From: Planctomycetota bacterium
Lineage (GTDB): Bacteria; Planctomycetota; Phycisphaerae; WQYP01
NCBI GenBank assembly: GCA_021831565.1
Contig: JAKBMM010000001.1
Coordinates: forward strand, 80,321-144,320
Length of the DNA: 64,000 bases
Direction of reading: 5' to 3'
The position numbers were made by a program, and so were the translations under genes. The notes under the pieces were generated by a model that worked only from the letters and a program-made list of their open reading frames with translations, was not told where the DNA came from and did no database searches. Below, piece after piece: positions 1 to 9,343 of the stretch; the stretch's first letter is position 1, and every line of letters starts with the position of its first letter.

Positions 1-146
1 CGGCGCCTATCCCGGCGGGCCGGGATTGTGAAGAATTTTTTTGTTTGGCCATCAAGACGGGCATCATAAACGGAGCGGACTCCGATGCAAAATATGTTAT
101 AAAGAAGCTTCTCCGGCAACGTATAAAACAGCAAAGGGGATTCAAT

Positions 147-1730
147 ATGAAACGGTGTACACAACTAATGGTGGCGGCCGGTCTGGGCGGTCTGGCCTGG
201 GTCATGTCCGGTTTGTTCCGGCCCGCCATGGCGGCGAGCCAATCCCGACCCGCCGGGACCGCTCCGGTGGAACCGCATGGCGTCATTCTCACCGTTTATT
301 CTTCCGCTGATCCGGCCAGTTTCAACCCCCGCCAGTGGGCATACCAGACCGCGCATGGGTACGGCTCCAACCAGGTCAATCCCGACCAGGTTCCCGGTTT
401 CGGCGTGGTCAAGCAGTTCCGCATGATTCACCTGGCCGCCGGTCTGAACAAAGTTGATTTCACCGACGTCGCCGCATTGATCGATCCCACCTCAGTGAGC
501 TTTGAAGACCTTACCGTACCGGCCACGCAAGTACTCCAACAACAATTCAAATTCGACCTGGCGAATTCTGATTCCGTTCTGGCCAGGTACATCGGTCACA
601 AAATTTCCGTGCGACTGCCGGCGGGAAACCGGGGGTTGGAGACGGTTAGCGGAAGGCTTTTCCATGCCGGCCATTCCATGATTCTCCAGACCCAACATGG
701 CATCCGAATTCTTTATCCGAAGTTTCTCCAGCAGGTCCGCTTGCAATCGCTGCCGCGCGGCCTGATTACCCGGCCCACGCTCCAATGGCGGATCATTTCA
801 CCCAAGGCGGGCAAACAGGAGATTCTTACGTCGTACCAGACCAAGGGTCTCACCTGGATCGCCGATTACAACCTGATCCTGGGATCGGCTGATAAGCACG
901 CCAGCCTGGCCGCGTGGGTGACGTTGCTGAATCTTTCCGGTAAAACCTACCGCCATGCGCATCTGAAACTCATCGCCGGCAACGTGCATCGCGTACAGTC
1001 TCCCCAGTATTACCGCCCGGAGATGTTGGCCATGGCGCCGGCGGCAGCTCTGCAGTTCCAGGGATTCCAGCAGAAGAAATTCTTTGAATACCATCTATAC
1101 ACCCTGCCGCGCCGCACCACCATTCTCAATAACAGTACCGAACAGATCGCCCTGTTTGCCACGCGGCGGCATATCCGTGTGCACAAGGTGCTTATCTATT
1201 CCGGTCAAAGCCCCGTCAACGGCTATTGGAACGGTCCCAACCTGGACAATTCACCAGGCGTCCATTCCCGCGGGCCGGTGGCCGTGTTTATTTGTTTTCA
1301 AAATAGCAAGGCCAACGGGATGGGCATTCCGTTGCCGCGGGGTAAAATCCGTGTGTTCAAGGAAGACCCCGCCGACTCCACCCTGGAATTCGTCGGCGAG
1401 AATCTGATCCGCAATACGCCCAGGGACTCGCGTATTTCAACCAAAGTCGGCCATGCGTTCGACATCATCGGCAGCCGCACGCGTACGAACTTCCATATAG
1501 ATAATCAGGCACACATTCTGCACGAGAGTTTCCGGATTGTGATTCGCAATCACCAGAACAAGCAGGTGGACGTGCAGATACCACAATATCTGTACCGCTG
1601 GAATAATTGGAAAATCACCAGAAGCAGCGGCAAGTTCAAGAAGATTAATTCTGACACGATCCGGTTCAACGTCGCTGTGCCGAAAAATGGCCGAACCACC
1701 ATCGCCTACACCGTGCGCTATTCGTGGTGA
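147..1730 (+). CDS. Hypothetical secreted protein (N-terminal signal peptide; possibly DUF4139/MuiA-like family)
   Basis: Long ORF in frame 45..1730. The likely start is the internal MKRCTQLMVAAGLGGLAWVMSGLF...AMAASQ, which is followed by a hydrophobic signal-like segment. No catalytic motif was recognised. The family suggestion comes from the beta-rich C-terminus and is tentative. Confidence 0.5.
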   Translation: MKRCTQLMVAAGLGGLAWVMSGLFRPAMAASQSRPAGTAPVEPHGVILTVYSSADPASFNPRQWAYQTAHGYGSNQVNPDQVPGFGVVKQFRMIHLAAGLNKVDFTDVAALIDPTSVSFEDLTVPATQVLQQQFKFDLANSDSVLARYIGHKISVRLPAGNRGLETVSGRLFHAGHSMILQTQHGIRILYPKFLQQVRLQSLPRGLITRPTLQWRIISPKAGKQEILTSYQTKGLTWIADYNLILGSADKHASLAAWVTLLNLSGKTYRHAHLKLIAGNVHRVQSPQYYRPEMLAMAPAAALQFQGFQQKKFFEYHLYTLPRRTTILNNSTEQIALFATRRHIRVHKVLIYSGQSPVNGYWNGPNLDNSPGVHSRGPVAVFICFQNSKANGMGIPLPRGKIRVFKEDPADSTLEFVGENLIRNTPRDSRISTKVGHAFDIIGSRTRTNFHIDNQAHILHESFRIVIRNHQNKQVDVQIPQYLYRWNNWKITRSSGKFKKINSDTIRFNVAVPKNGRTTIAYTVRYSW

Positions 1731-1921
1731 ACGTCCAGGGCACAAGCGCCCATGGGCAAAGTGAAAACGCCCGCAGTCGGTAAGGATGAGTTTTTTTGTG
1801 GATCATTTCGCAAGGGCCTAAATGGGAGGCGGGCGTCTTGCCCGACTGTGGCGCAATCCAAATGGCGGCTGGGAAGGCCCTTCCCGGGGGATGTCAAAGG
1901 CCGCGGGACGTCGTCGCCGCA

Positions 1922-3262
1922 TTATCTTTGAAAATCGTAAATCGATCCCAGACCGATGATGCGCGTCAATTCATCCAGCGCCGTTCGGGATTCGCGCAGA
2001 AGTTGCGGGTCGGCCATATCCGCCGGATGAATCTCCGCGCGGTAATGCCTCTCGACCCATTGCACAAGGCGCCGGTAAAGCCGCGGCGAAAGCAGAACAC
2101 CCTGGTGCATGGCGGCGAGCTGCCGGGCATCTAGAACGACGCGCAACCGCAGGCATGCCGGTCCACCGCCGTTACGCATACTTTGGCGCACATCTGTAAA
2201 ATGCACCACATTCCAGACCCCGCCGGCGGTCAAATCCTCGATCAGGCGCCGCGCCGCGGCGTGGCGGCGACACTCCATCGGGGCGATCAGAGCGAAGCGG
2301 CCATCCGGCAGCGTAACCAATTGGCTGTTGAAAAAATACGTGCGCAAGGCGTCGGTCAGCGAAAGCTGTTCCGGCCCGATCTCCACCAGACGCGGCGCCT
2401 CGCCGGTTAAACGGCGGTACAGGCGTACGATATTGTTCATCGCGCGCGGTTCGTAAGCTTCGCGGTGATAAATCAACAGCGACTGGTTGCTCATCGCCAC
2501 CAGATCGTTGTGAAACGCCCCGGCGTCGATCGACCGGGGATCCCGCCCAATTGCGACAACGCAACGTGTGTTGGTTTTGTGGCGAAGCTGCACGGCCAGG
2601 CTGGCACCCAGGCTTTGCCGTGCCGGAAACCGATGCAGCCAGGGTTGTTGAACGAATGGTTCGCCGGAATCGAAAAAGAAAATCTCCAGCCCCCGCCGGC
2701 CGTGCAACGGAGCCAGACGCAGATGATTGGCGGCGCCCTCATCGCGCAGACCGATGGCCGCCGGCACGGGATCATGCACCACGAAACAATCGGCATCGTT
2801 GAAAATACGGCGCAACAGGCGCGTGGTCACCGGGGCCTCGATGCTGCGATGGAGTTGCGAAACAAGATTGGCCGGCGTGAAGTGCACGCGCCGGTCCGCC
2901 GTGTCGGCGGATGGAGAGACGGTGGCCGCATTGGCCGCCCACATCGCCGCCGCGCTGGAACAGTGGGAGAGCAGTTCTGGATCGCCACGCCAGACCTTTT
3001 CCAGAACCCGCTGATCCGATCCCTCGTAACCCAGCGCGCGCAGCAATGGCAAATAAGGCCTCTCGTGCGGCGGCAGAACCGCCTGGGGAATGCCCAATTC
3101 AATAAGCAGCCGCATTTTTTTCAATCCCTCCTGCGCTGCGCGACGCGGAAAAGACCGCCTTCCGCGGTTTCGCCGCGCGGGTATGTTTCCCCAGGCCAGA
3201 CCACCGTAGTTATGCGTTGGACCGACGATGCCGTCGAAATTCACTTCCCAGGCTTGGTTCAT
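1922..3262 (-). CDS. astB: Succinylarginine dihydrolase
   Basis: The internal start MNQAWEVNFDGIVGPTHNYGGLAWGN closely matches the AstB N-terminus. The C-terminal MRNGGGPACLRLRVVL...ADPQLLRES also matches AstB. A GGGAA Shine-Dalgarno lies 9 nt upstream, and the gene overlaps the astD stop by 4 nt (ATGA coupling). I trimmed the ORF-track start (3511) to the Met at 3262. Confidence 0.85.
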   Translation of the reverse strand: MNQAWEVNFDGIVGPTHNYGGLAWGNIPARRNRGRRSFPRRAAQEGLKKMRLLIELGIPQAVLPPHERPYLPLLRALGYEGSDQRVLEKVWRGDPELLSHCSSAAAMWAANAATVSPSADTADRRVHFTPANLVSQLHRSIEAPVTTRLLRRIFNDADCFVVHDPVPAAIGLRDEGAANHLRLAPLHGRRGLEIFFFDSGEPFVQQPWLHRFPARQSLGASLAVQLRHKTNTRCVVAIGRDPRSIDAGAFHNDLVAMSNQSLLIYHREAYEPRAMNNIVRLYRRLTGEAPRLVEIGPEQLSLTDALRTYFFNSQLVTLPDGRFALIAPMECRRHAAARRLIEDLTAGGVWNVVHFTDVRQSMRNGGGPACLRLRVVLDARQLAAMHQGVLLSPRLYRRLVQWVERHYRAEIHPADMADPQLLRESRTALDELTRIIGLGSIYDFQR

Positions 3263-4731
3263 ATCGTAATTCCCGGTAAAGGCGGCGTGGGCGTCCGCAC
3301 ACGCACGGACTCCAAGGTCGCCACCGGATAAGAACAATAATCCACCGCCCAGAAACCGCTGGGCCGATGATTTCCACTGTAGCCGACGCCGCCGAACGGC
3401 AGCGCGCCGCTGGCGCCGTTCGTAGGGCGGTTGAAGTGGAGCAATCCTGCGCGGACGCGGGCGTAAAACAGATCGAAAAGGTCCCGGCGATCGCTCAACA
3501 GAGCGGCGCAAAGGCCGAAACGGGTCTGATTCGCCTCGTCCAACCCCTGCTCAAAATCCGGCGTGCGAATCACCTGCAGGAGCGGTCCGAAAAGCTCCTC
3601 ATCGGCACGATCCGCCACGTCGGTGACATCCAAAATACCCGGCGCCAGCAGCAGACTATGGTCTGCGATACGCCGGGCGGGGGTCAACGGGCGGGCGCCG
3701 CGCGCGATAAGATCATTCTGGACAGCCAGCAGTTTCTCGACCGCCGCGGGTGTGATCACCGGTCCCATGAACGGTTCGGGTGTTTCCAACGGACCGCCGC
3801 AACGCACTCGGCCGGTCATTTCAACCAAGACGTCGATGAATCTCCGGCCGTCGGAGTTGGTGGGCACAATCAGGCGGCGGGCGCAAGTACAGCGCTGGCC
3901 CGCCGTTAAAAATGCCGACACAATGGTGTGATAGGCCGCGGCCTGCGCGTCGGCGCAATCGAACACGAGCAGCGGATTGTTTCCGCCCATTTCCAGTGCC
4001 AACAAGCGGTGGGGAAAAGGCTGATTCGCCCGCAGGATCGCCTGTCCGGCGGCAAAACTTCCGGTAAAAAAAATGGCGTCCAGACCGGGATGTTTCGCCA
4101 GAACTTCGCCAACCGATTGAGACCCTTGAACCAGGTTCATCACCCCCGGCGGCAAGCCGGCTTCCCGCCAGAGTTCGACGGTCAGTTCCGCCGTCCAGGG
4201 AGTCCTTTCGCTGGGTTTGAAAACGATGGTGTTCCCCGCCAGCAGCGCGGGCATGATGTGGCCGTTGGGCAGATGTCCGGGCATATTGAATGGTCCGAAC
4301 ACCGCCGCCACACCGTGCGGCTTGAAGCGCGTGCCTCCAACGGCGTCGGCGATTTGCCGCTGTTGGGGCGCACACCGCTGTTCAAACGCTTCCAGGGTAA
4401 GCTGCAATTTACCGATCATGGAGCTGATTTCGCCGCGGGCTTCCCACAAGGGCTTGCCGGTTTCCAGGGCGATGGCGCGGGCCAACTCTTCGCACCGCCG
4501 ATCCAGCTCGGTGGCGAATCTCGCGAGAATCCGTTGCCGCTCGAAAAAGTTTCGTCCCGCCCAGGATGGCAGCGCTTCGCGGGCGGCGAGTACCGCGGCG
4601 GAAACCTGTTCTTCATCAGCCTCCGTCCCGCGCCATAGCACGCCGCCATCCCACGGGCTAAGCGATTCAAAAATATCGCCCCGTCCCGGCGCCCAACGCC
4701 CCGCGATGAAAATGCCACGCGCGGTGCACAT
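3259..4731 (-). CDS. astD: Succinylglutamate-semialdehyde dehydrogenase (aldehyde dehydrogenase family)
   Basis: ALDH signatures are present: FTGS, ALEMGGNNP, the catalytic Cys in GQRCTCARR, and PFGGVGYSGNHR. The protein is collinear with E. coli AstD. A GGGAGA Shine-Dalgarno sits 5 nt before Met-8 (start at 4731), between astA and astB. Confidence 0.85.
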   Translation of the reverse strand: MCTARGIFIAGRWAPGRGDIFESLSPWDGGVLWRGTEADEEQVSAAVLAAREALPSWAGRNFFERQRILARFATELDRRCEELARAIALETGKPLWEARGEISSMIGKLQLTLEAFEQRCAPQQRQIADAVGGTRFKPHGVAAVFGPFNMPGHLPNGHIMPALLAGNTIVFKPSERTPWTAELTVELWREAGLPPGVMNLVQGSQSVGEVLAKHPGLDAIFFTGSFAAGQAILRANQPFPHRLLALEMGGNNPLLVFDCADAQAAAYHTIVSAFLTAGQRCTCARRLIVPTNSDGRRFIDVLVEMTGRVRCGGPLETPEPFMGPVITPAAVEKLLAVQNDLIARGARPLTPARRIADHSLLLAPGILDVTDVADRADEELFGPLLQVIRTPDFEQGLDEANQTRFGLCAALLSDRRDLFDLFYARVRAGLLHFNRPTNGASGALPFGGVGYSGNHRPSGFWAVDYCSYPVATLESVRVRTPTPPLPGITI

Positions 4732-4763
4732 AAAATTCTCCCGGTTCATCATGGGCCAGGCTC

Positions 4764-5813
4764 TCAGCTCCCTATGGTACGCCGGTCTGGCCGAACCGAC
4801 ACGAAACGAACCGCCTGGCCCGGCTCGATCCGCAAAGCCCGGGCGGTTGATGGATCGATGCAGACCCGGCCATCATCCAACACTCGCACGCCGCCCTTGC
4901 AGGCCCGAAATACCAGGTCCGTGTTCGATACCACGCAGTCCTCTCCCTGGCCAGTCCCGATAGCCATCGGGGCCAACGCCGCCACAAGCGCCTCGCGGCT
5001 TTCCCGCACCGCCCGAATTCGCGCGCGATCGCAGCCGAATACGGCGCCCGCTTCGAATATGTCGACGAGATCTTCAAAGGTAAAGCCCTCATCCTGAAGA
5101 ATTTTCAGCGCCGGCTGCGTTTCCGGATGAACTTTGCCGATCACCGCTTGTGCCGCCGCCGGCAACAGTGGTATGTACAATGGATGCTTGGGCATTAAAT
5201 CGGCGATAAAGCGTTTGTTAACCAGCGTTAAGTAATCAGCCTGGGGAAAATCAAGCTCAAAAAAATGCCGACCGACGGCATCCCAGAAGGGCGAGCGACC
5301 TTCGCGATCGATCACGCCGCGCATTTCCGCAATGACATGGGCGGCGAACCTTTGGGGAAACTGCGCCATGAAAACAAAGCGGCTCAGAGCGAGAAACCGG
5401 CCGTTGCCATCCTTGCGAAACTCCGGCAAAAGAAACAGGCTGCCGACAACCGCCGGCCCATCATGCAGCACGGTCAATTCCAGCAGTGAAATGGTCTTGT
5501 TGACCTTGAGCATTTCCGATACGCACGGTTCGCGCCGCAGACGGTATCCATAGAAGGGATCGCCCTCGCCCACCTTGGAAATAATGCCGCAAACGCCGAC
5601 AACCCGGCGGCTATCATTTTCCTGCATCACGAACAAATAGGTTTCACCACGCGGCTGGTCCGGATGGAAAGTAAAACTCTGCCGGCTTTCTTCAATTCGC
5701 CTGCTTAACACGGACCGGTTGGGCGGCAGCGTGGTCATACCATAACCAACCTGTCGGGATATCTCTAATAAGCTTTCGAGATCCGCCGTTTCAATGGGTC
5801 GAATGACAAGCAT
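4764..5813 (-). CDS. astA: Arginine N-succinyltransferase
   Basis: N-terminus MLVIRPIETADLESLLEI...GMTTLPPNRSVLSRRIEES parallels the AstA N-terminus. An AAGGA Shine-Dalgarno lies 8 nt upstream. It is the first gene of the astA-astD-astB block. Confidence 0.85.
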   Translation of the reverse strand: MLVIRPIETADLESLLEISRQVGYGMTTLPPNRSVLSRRIEESRQSFTFHPDQPRGETYLFVMQENDSRRVVGVCGIISKVGEGDPFYGYRLRREPCVSEMLKVNKTISLLELTVLHDGPAVVGSLFLLPEFRKDGNGRFLALSRFVFMAQFPQRFAAHVIAEMRGVIDREGRSPFWDAVGRHFFELDFPQADYLTLVNKRFIADLMPKHPLYIPLLPAAAQAVIGKVHPETQPALKILQDEGFTFEDLVDIFEAGAVFGCDRARIRAVRESREALVAALAPMAIGTGQGEDCVVSNTDLVFRACKGGVRVLDDGRVCIDPSTARALRIEPGQAVRFVSVRPDRRTIGS

Positions 5814-5913
5814 AAATATCCTTCATGATGTTCCGTGTGCCAGCAAAGTAGTTATCGGCTATCGGCGGAAAAAAACGGAACGAACGATTTCATCTGGAAT
5901 CAATAAATCAAAG

Positions 5914-6468
5914 TTATTGGATAGCCAGAACCATCTCGTGGTACGTGGTGCGGAATTGCGCCTGTTCGAAGAGGGCGCGCGCGGGGATATTCGCCTGGGC
6001 GACCATCAGCCGCAGTTGGGCAACGCCTTTCTTCGCCGCCCATTGCCGCGCGTACCAGAGCATGGCGCAAGCCACGCCGCGCCGCCGAAATTCCGGTTGG
6101 ACCGCCATGTCATGAATGAAGGCATATTCCTTGCAGGTATAAATCGGAATCTCCTGGGTGATGGCCGCCACCAAACCGCCGGCCAGGGTGGCAACCGCCC
6201 GCCCCGATGCTTTCCCCACCATCCGCCGTACCCGCGCCGCCAAAACCAACCAGTGCGGATTGTTCAAATTGCCGGTTAACCAGCGGACGTAGCGATCCCG
6301 AATATCAGGGCAGAGTTCCCAACGCAACGGCCAGTATTGTTCATGCTGCCGCTCCACCAGCAAGCATAATTCCACAAGCGCCGGTACGTCGCGTTCCCGG
6401 GCTGGTTCACAAACAATATCATCCTTTTGTTTCATACCGCCAATTTCACCACAAAGACCAGTTGTCAC
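5914..6468 (-). CDS. GNAT family N-acetyltransferase
   Basis: The acetyl-CoA binding motif region HDMAVQPEFRRRGVACAMLWYARQWAAKKG (Q/RxxGxG/A) is typical of GNAT enzymes. An alternative start exists at Met-12 (6435). Confidence 0.6.
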   Translation of the reverse strand: MTTGLCGEIGGMKQKDDIVCEPARERDVPALVELCLLVERQHEQYWPLRWELCPDIRDRYVRWLTGNLNNPHWLVLAARVRRMVGKASGRAVATLAGGLVAAITQEIPIYTCKEYAFIHDMAVQPEFRRRGVACAMLWYARQWAAKKGVAQLRLMVAQANIPARALFEQAQFRTTYHEMVLAIQ

Positions 6469-6712
6469 GGCGGATGGAACGCGATCCTACCTGTTCGTTG
6501 CGCCTGGAGTGCTTGCCCGATGCCGATTCCATATAGCCGTGCCGCCCAAGCGGATGAGCATAAGATCAGGAAAGCGGGAGAGCAAACGAAGAACCCGCCA
6601 AGCGGAGCATGGGATGGCGGTTTTCCGGGAGCGACTCCAAACCGGGTTCGGAAAAAGCTCCCTTAAACGCCGCACTAGCCGGGAACCTCCTTCACCGGTA
6701 TCTTTATCAAAC

Positions 6713-7582
6713 ATGCGAATAGGATTTATCGCCAATTCGGACAAGCCCGACGCCCTGGAAGCGGCGCGAAATCTGATGGAACGTATTCGCCGCCGGTCGG
6801 AGTGCGACGACATCCGGTTGATTGCCAACCCGTCGACTACGGAGCTGGCCGCTTGCAACCCCGATCTTCTGGTGCTGCTGGGCGGTGATGGAACTGTTCT
6901 TCGGACCGCCCGCTTTCTCGCGGAAACAGCAGCGGCGATCGTGGGGATTAATTTCGGTAAACTCGGTTATCTGGCCGCGTTTTCGATGGATCAGTTCCTG
7001 GAACACCTGGATTGCATTCTAATGAATCGCGCGCCGATCAGCCGGCGTCTGATGCTTCGCGGAGGCATCTACGAACGGGTCCCAGGCGCCAGGGGGAGTG
7101 CGGGAGCGGACCGGCTGATTTTTGAATGCGTCGCTCTGAACGATATCGTGCTCAACGCCGGCTGTCCGTTCCACATGGTGGAACTGGCGGTCCAGATTGA
7201 CGCCGAAGCCACCACGACTTTTCGCGGCGATGGCATCATCATATCGACATCATCCGGGTCGACGGGTTACAATCTTTCCGCCGGCGGGCCGCTGATCGCG
7301 CCGGACCTCGACGCCCTGGTGCTTACGCCAATTTGCGCCCATTCGCTCTCGTTCCGGCCGGTGGTTCTGCCGGAAAAAGCTGTCATTGGCGTGCTTCCCC
7401 GGCGTCTAAATGCCGGCTCCACGGTAAACTTCGATGGACAAGTGTCCCAGCCGCTTGCGGAAAACCAGTATGTGCTGGTAAAACGGGCATCCCAATCGCT
7501 GCGCGTGGTGGAAAATCCGTCGATGTCGCACTGGCAATTGCTGGCCAATAAACTGGCCTGGGCGCAAAGTCCGCGTCCCTGA
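6713..7582 (+). CDS. nadK: NAD(+) kinase
   Basis: GGDGT motif (LLVLLGGDGTVLRTA), NDIVLN motif, and the conserved C-terminal GSTGYNLSAGGPL. The start was trimmed to MRIGFIANSD, giving 289 aa, which is typical for NadK. Confidence 0.85.
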   Translation: MRIGFIANSDKPDALEAARNLMERIRRRSECDDIRLIANPSTTELAACNPDLLVLLGGDGTVLRTARFLAETAAAIVGINFGKLGYLAAFSMDQFLEHLDCILMNRAPISRRLMLRGGIYERVPGARGSAGADRLIFECVALNDIVLNAGCPFHMVELAVQIDAEATTTFRGDGIIISTSSGSTGYNLSAGGPLIAPDLDALVLTPICAHSLSFRPVVLPEKAVIGVLPRRLNAGSTVNFDGQVSQPLAENQYVLVKRASQSLRVVENPSMSHWQLLANKLAWAQSPRP

Positions 7583-7645
7583 GGATAAGAAACCCGTCTT
7601 CTTTTAAGATGGGTTCAAAGAGTTCTCCACCGGTTCGGAGCCATC

Positions 7646-9343
7646 ATGAATGAAAACCAGAATACCACCGGCGGATCTCCCGCGGAAACTTTTACGCTCC
7701 GCCGGGTGGATTGGTCGGCGGCATTCGAATTCAGTCTTCTGTTTCGGGCGTTTCGCCTGGCCATCGAACCTCCCTGCCTGCTGCTGGCTCTGCTGGCGAT
7801 TTTTTCCATCTACATTGCCGGCCGGGCGTTCGACGTTCTCTGGGGTCCGCAGGTTCTTCGGGGCGAAATCAGCGCCTTTCACTCCCCCGCTCCCGTGTAC
7901 CACGCCTTGCTCGTACAAGACAGAATCAATCGGCGGCGCATGTTCCGGCATTTGCTCCAGGAAAGTTCCACGGGCTTGTCCCGCGCCGCAATTGCACAGT
8001 TATGCCGGGACCCGGACAAAGCTTATGCGTTTCTTCGCAGCCGTTATAAGCGGCGGTTTCATGCGGCGATCCACGCCTTGAACGCCGCCCGTCCCGCCAC
8101 GGGCGCGGCAGCGGCGCCGACCAGCCTGTTGCGCCGCGCGGCGGCCCGTTCTCTTTTCGAACGAATGCGGACAATACGCAACGTGACGGGCCGGGGAATA
8201 TTTGACGCCCTTATGCGCTACGAAACGCGGCAGTTTGGCTTGTTGGTGAACAATACCCTGGGCTTGCTTCGCGTCGGGCGGCCGCGCGAACCGAACCGGC
8301 TATGGCGCCGCGCGGCGCGGCCGCGCGTTTCTATCGCTCTGGTTCCTCGTTCCACCAACCGGCTATGGCGCTCGCGGACGATCGCCGGCTGTTTGGCGAA
8401 CATGGCGCTCACGGGACCGTGCTGGCTGGTAACCGGCGCGGCGCCCATGCAGCGTTTTCCCGGCCAGAGCAATGCCGGGACGTGGTTGCGCCGCGGCGGG
8501 TACCTAGCCAGCGTGCTGGTTTTTTTGCTGATTGTCATCGTCTGCCTGGCCCTGACGGGCGCGTTTACCTGCCGTTTTGCCGCCCTTTCGCTGGCCGGCA
8601 AAAATCCCGACTTCAAAAATGTTCTTCTTTTTTCATGGACACATCTGCTAACATTTATCAAAGCGCCCCTGCTTCCATTTTTGACCATCATCGGCACGGG
8701 TCTGGTGCTGATTCTTCTGGCTCTCCCGGGAGCCATACCCATGTTGGGCGAAATCATGGTGGGAGCGGAATTCCTTATTTTTCTGCTCGGCGGATTCATC
8801 ATCATGCTTATGATTCTGGGGCTGATGGGCGGCGGTGCTCTGATTTACCCCACTCTGGCCGTGGAAGGATCCGATTCCTTTGATGCCATCAGCCGCAGTT
8901 TCAGTTACGTATACGCGCGGCCGTGGCGGACGCTTTTTTATTCGCTGATCGCTCTGGTCTACGGTGTATGGACGTATCTGTTTCTGACGGCGGCGCTGAC
9001 CTTGCTTCTGGCCACAACCCACCTGTGCGTCGGTTGGGGTATGAGTCTTTTCGGCCTGTTGCACGGCTGGTATTCCGGAGAGAATAAACTCGACGCATTG
9101 TGGGCGGCGCCCAAGTTCGGCCGGCTCATCGGACCGGTCAACTGGTGGGCCATGAACGGGTCGGAGTTCATCGGCGCACTGGCGATGTACTTCTGGCTTT
9201 TCCTGGGCGTGAGTCTGTTGGGCGCTTATGTGATCGTCTACTTCTTTACAAGCAATACTATTGTGTATCTGCTGTTGCGGCGTCGCGTGGACGGCCAACC
9301 AACCGATGAAATTTATCTGGAGCCGGCCCCGAGCGATGTCTAA
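7646..9343 (+). CDS. Hypothetical polytopic membrane protein (N-terminal Arg-rich soluble region followed by about 6 TM helices)
   Basis: 565-aa ORF. Hydrophobic helices are clustered in the C-terminal 300 aa. Its stop overlaps the rnd start by 8 nt. No recognisable catalytic motif. Confidence 0.5.
   Translation: MNENQNTTGGSPAETFTLRRVDWSAAFEFSLLFRAFRLAIEPPCLLLALLAIFSIYIAGRAFDVLWGPQVLRGEISAFHSPAPVYHALLVQDRINRRRMFRHLLQESSTGLSRAAIAQLCRDPDKAYAFLRSRYKRRFHAAIHALNAARPATGAAAAPTSLLRRAAARSLFERMRTIRNVTGRGIFDALMRYETRQFGLLVNNTLGLLRVGRPREPNRLWRRAARPRVSIALVPRSTNRLWRSRTIAGCLANMALTGPCWLVTGAAPMQRFPGQSNAGTWLRRGGYLASVLVFLLIVIVCLALTGAFTCRFAALSLAGKNPDFKNVLLFSWTHLLTFIKAPLLPFLTIIGTGLVLILLALPGAIPMLGEIMVGAEFLIFLLGGFIIMLMILGLMGGGALIYPTLAVEGSDSFDAISRSFSYVYARPWRTLFYSLIALVYGVWTYLFLTAALTLLLATTHLCVGWGMSLFGLLHGWYSGENKLDALWAAPKFGRLIGPVNWWAMNGSEFIGALAMYFWLFLGVSLLGAYVIVYFFTSNTIVYLLLRRRVDGQPTDEIYLEPAPSDV

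Noticed and set aside
2465-3331. 288-aa plus-strand ORF, and many similar 60-250-aa ORFs antisense to astB/astD and elsewhere (for example 3928-4638, 8218-8805, 15549-16085, 42504-43667)
   Set aside because: They are entirely antisense to well-supported genes and Arg/Pro/Gly-rich, which is the typical spurious open frame of high-GC DNA. No motif support.
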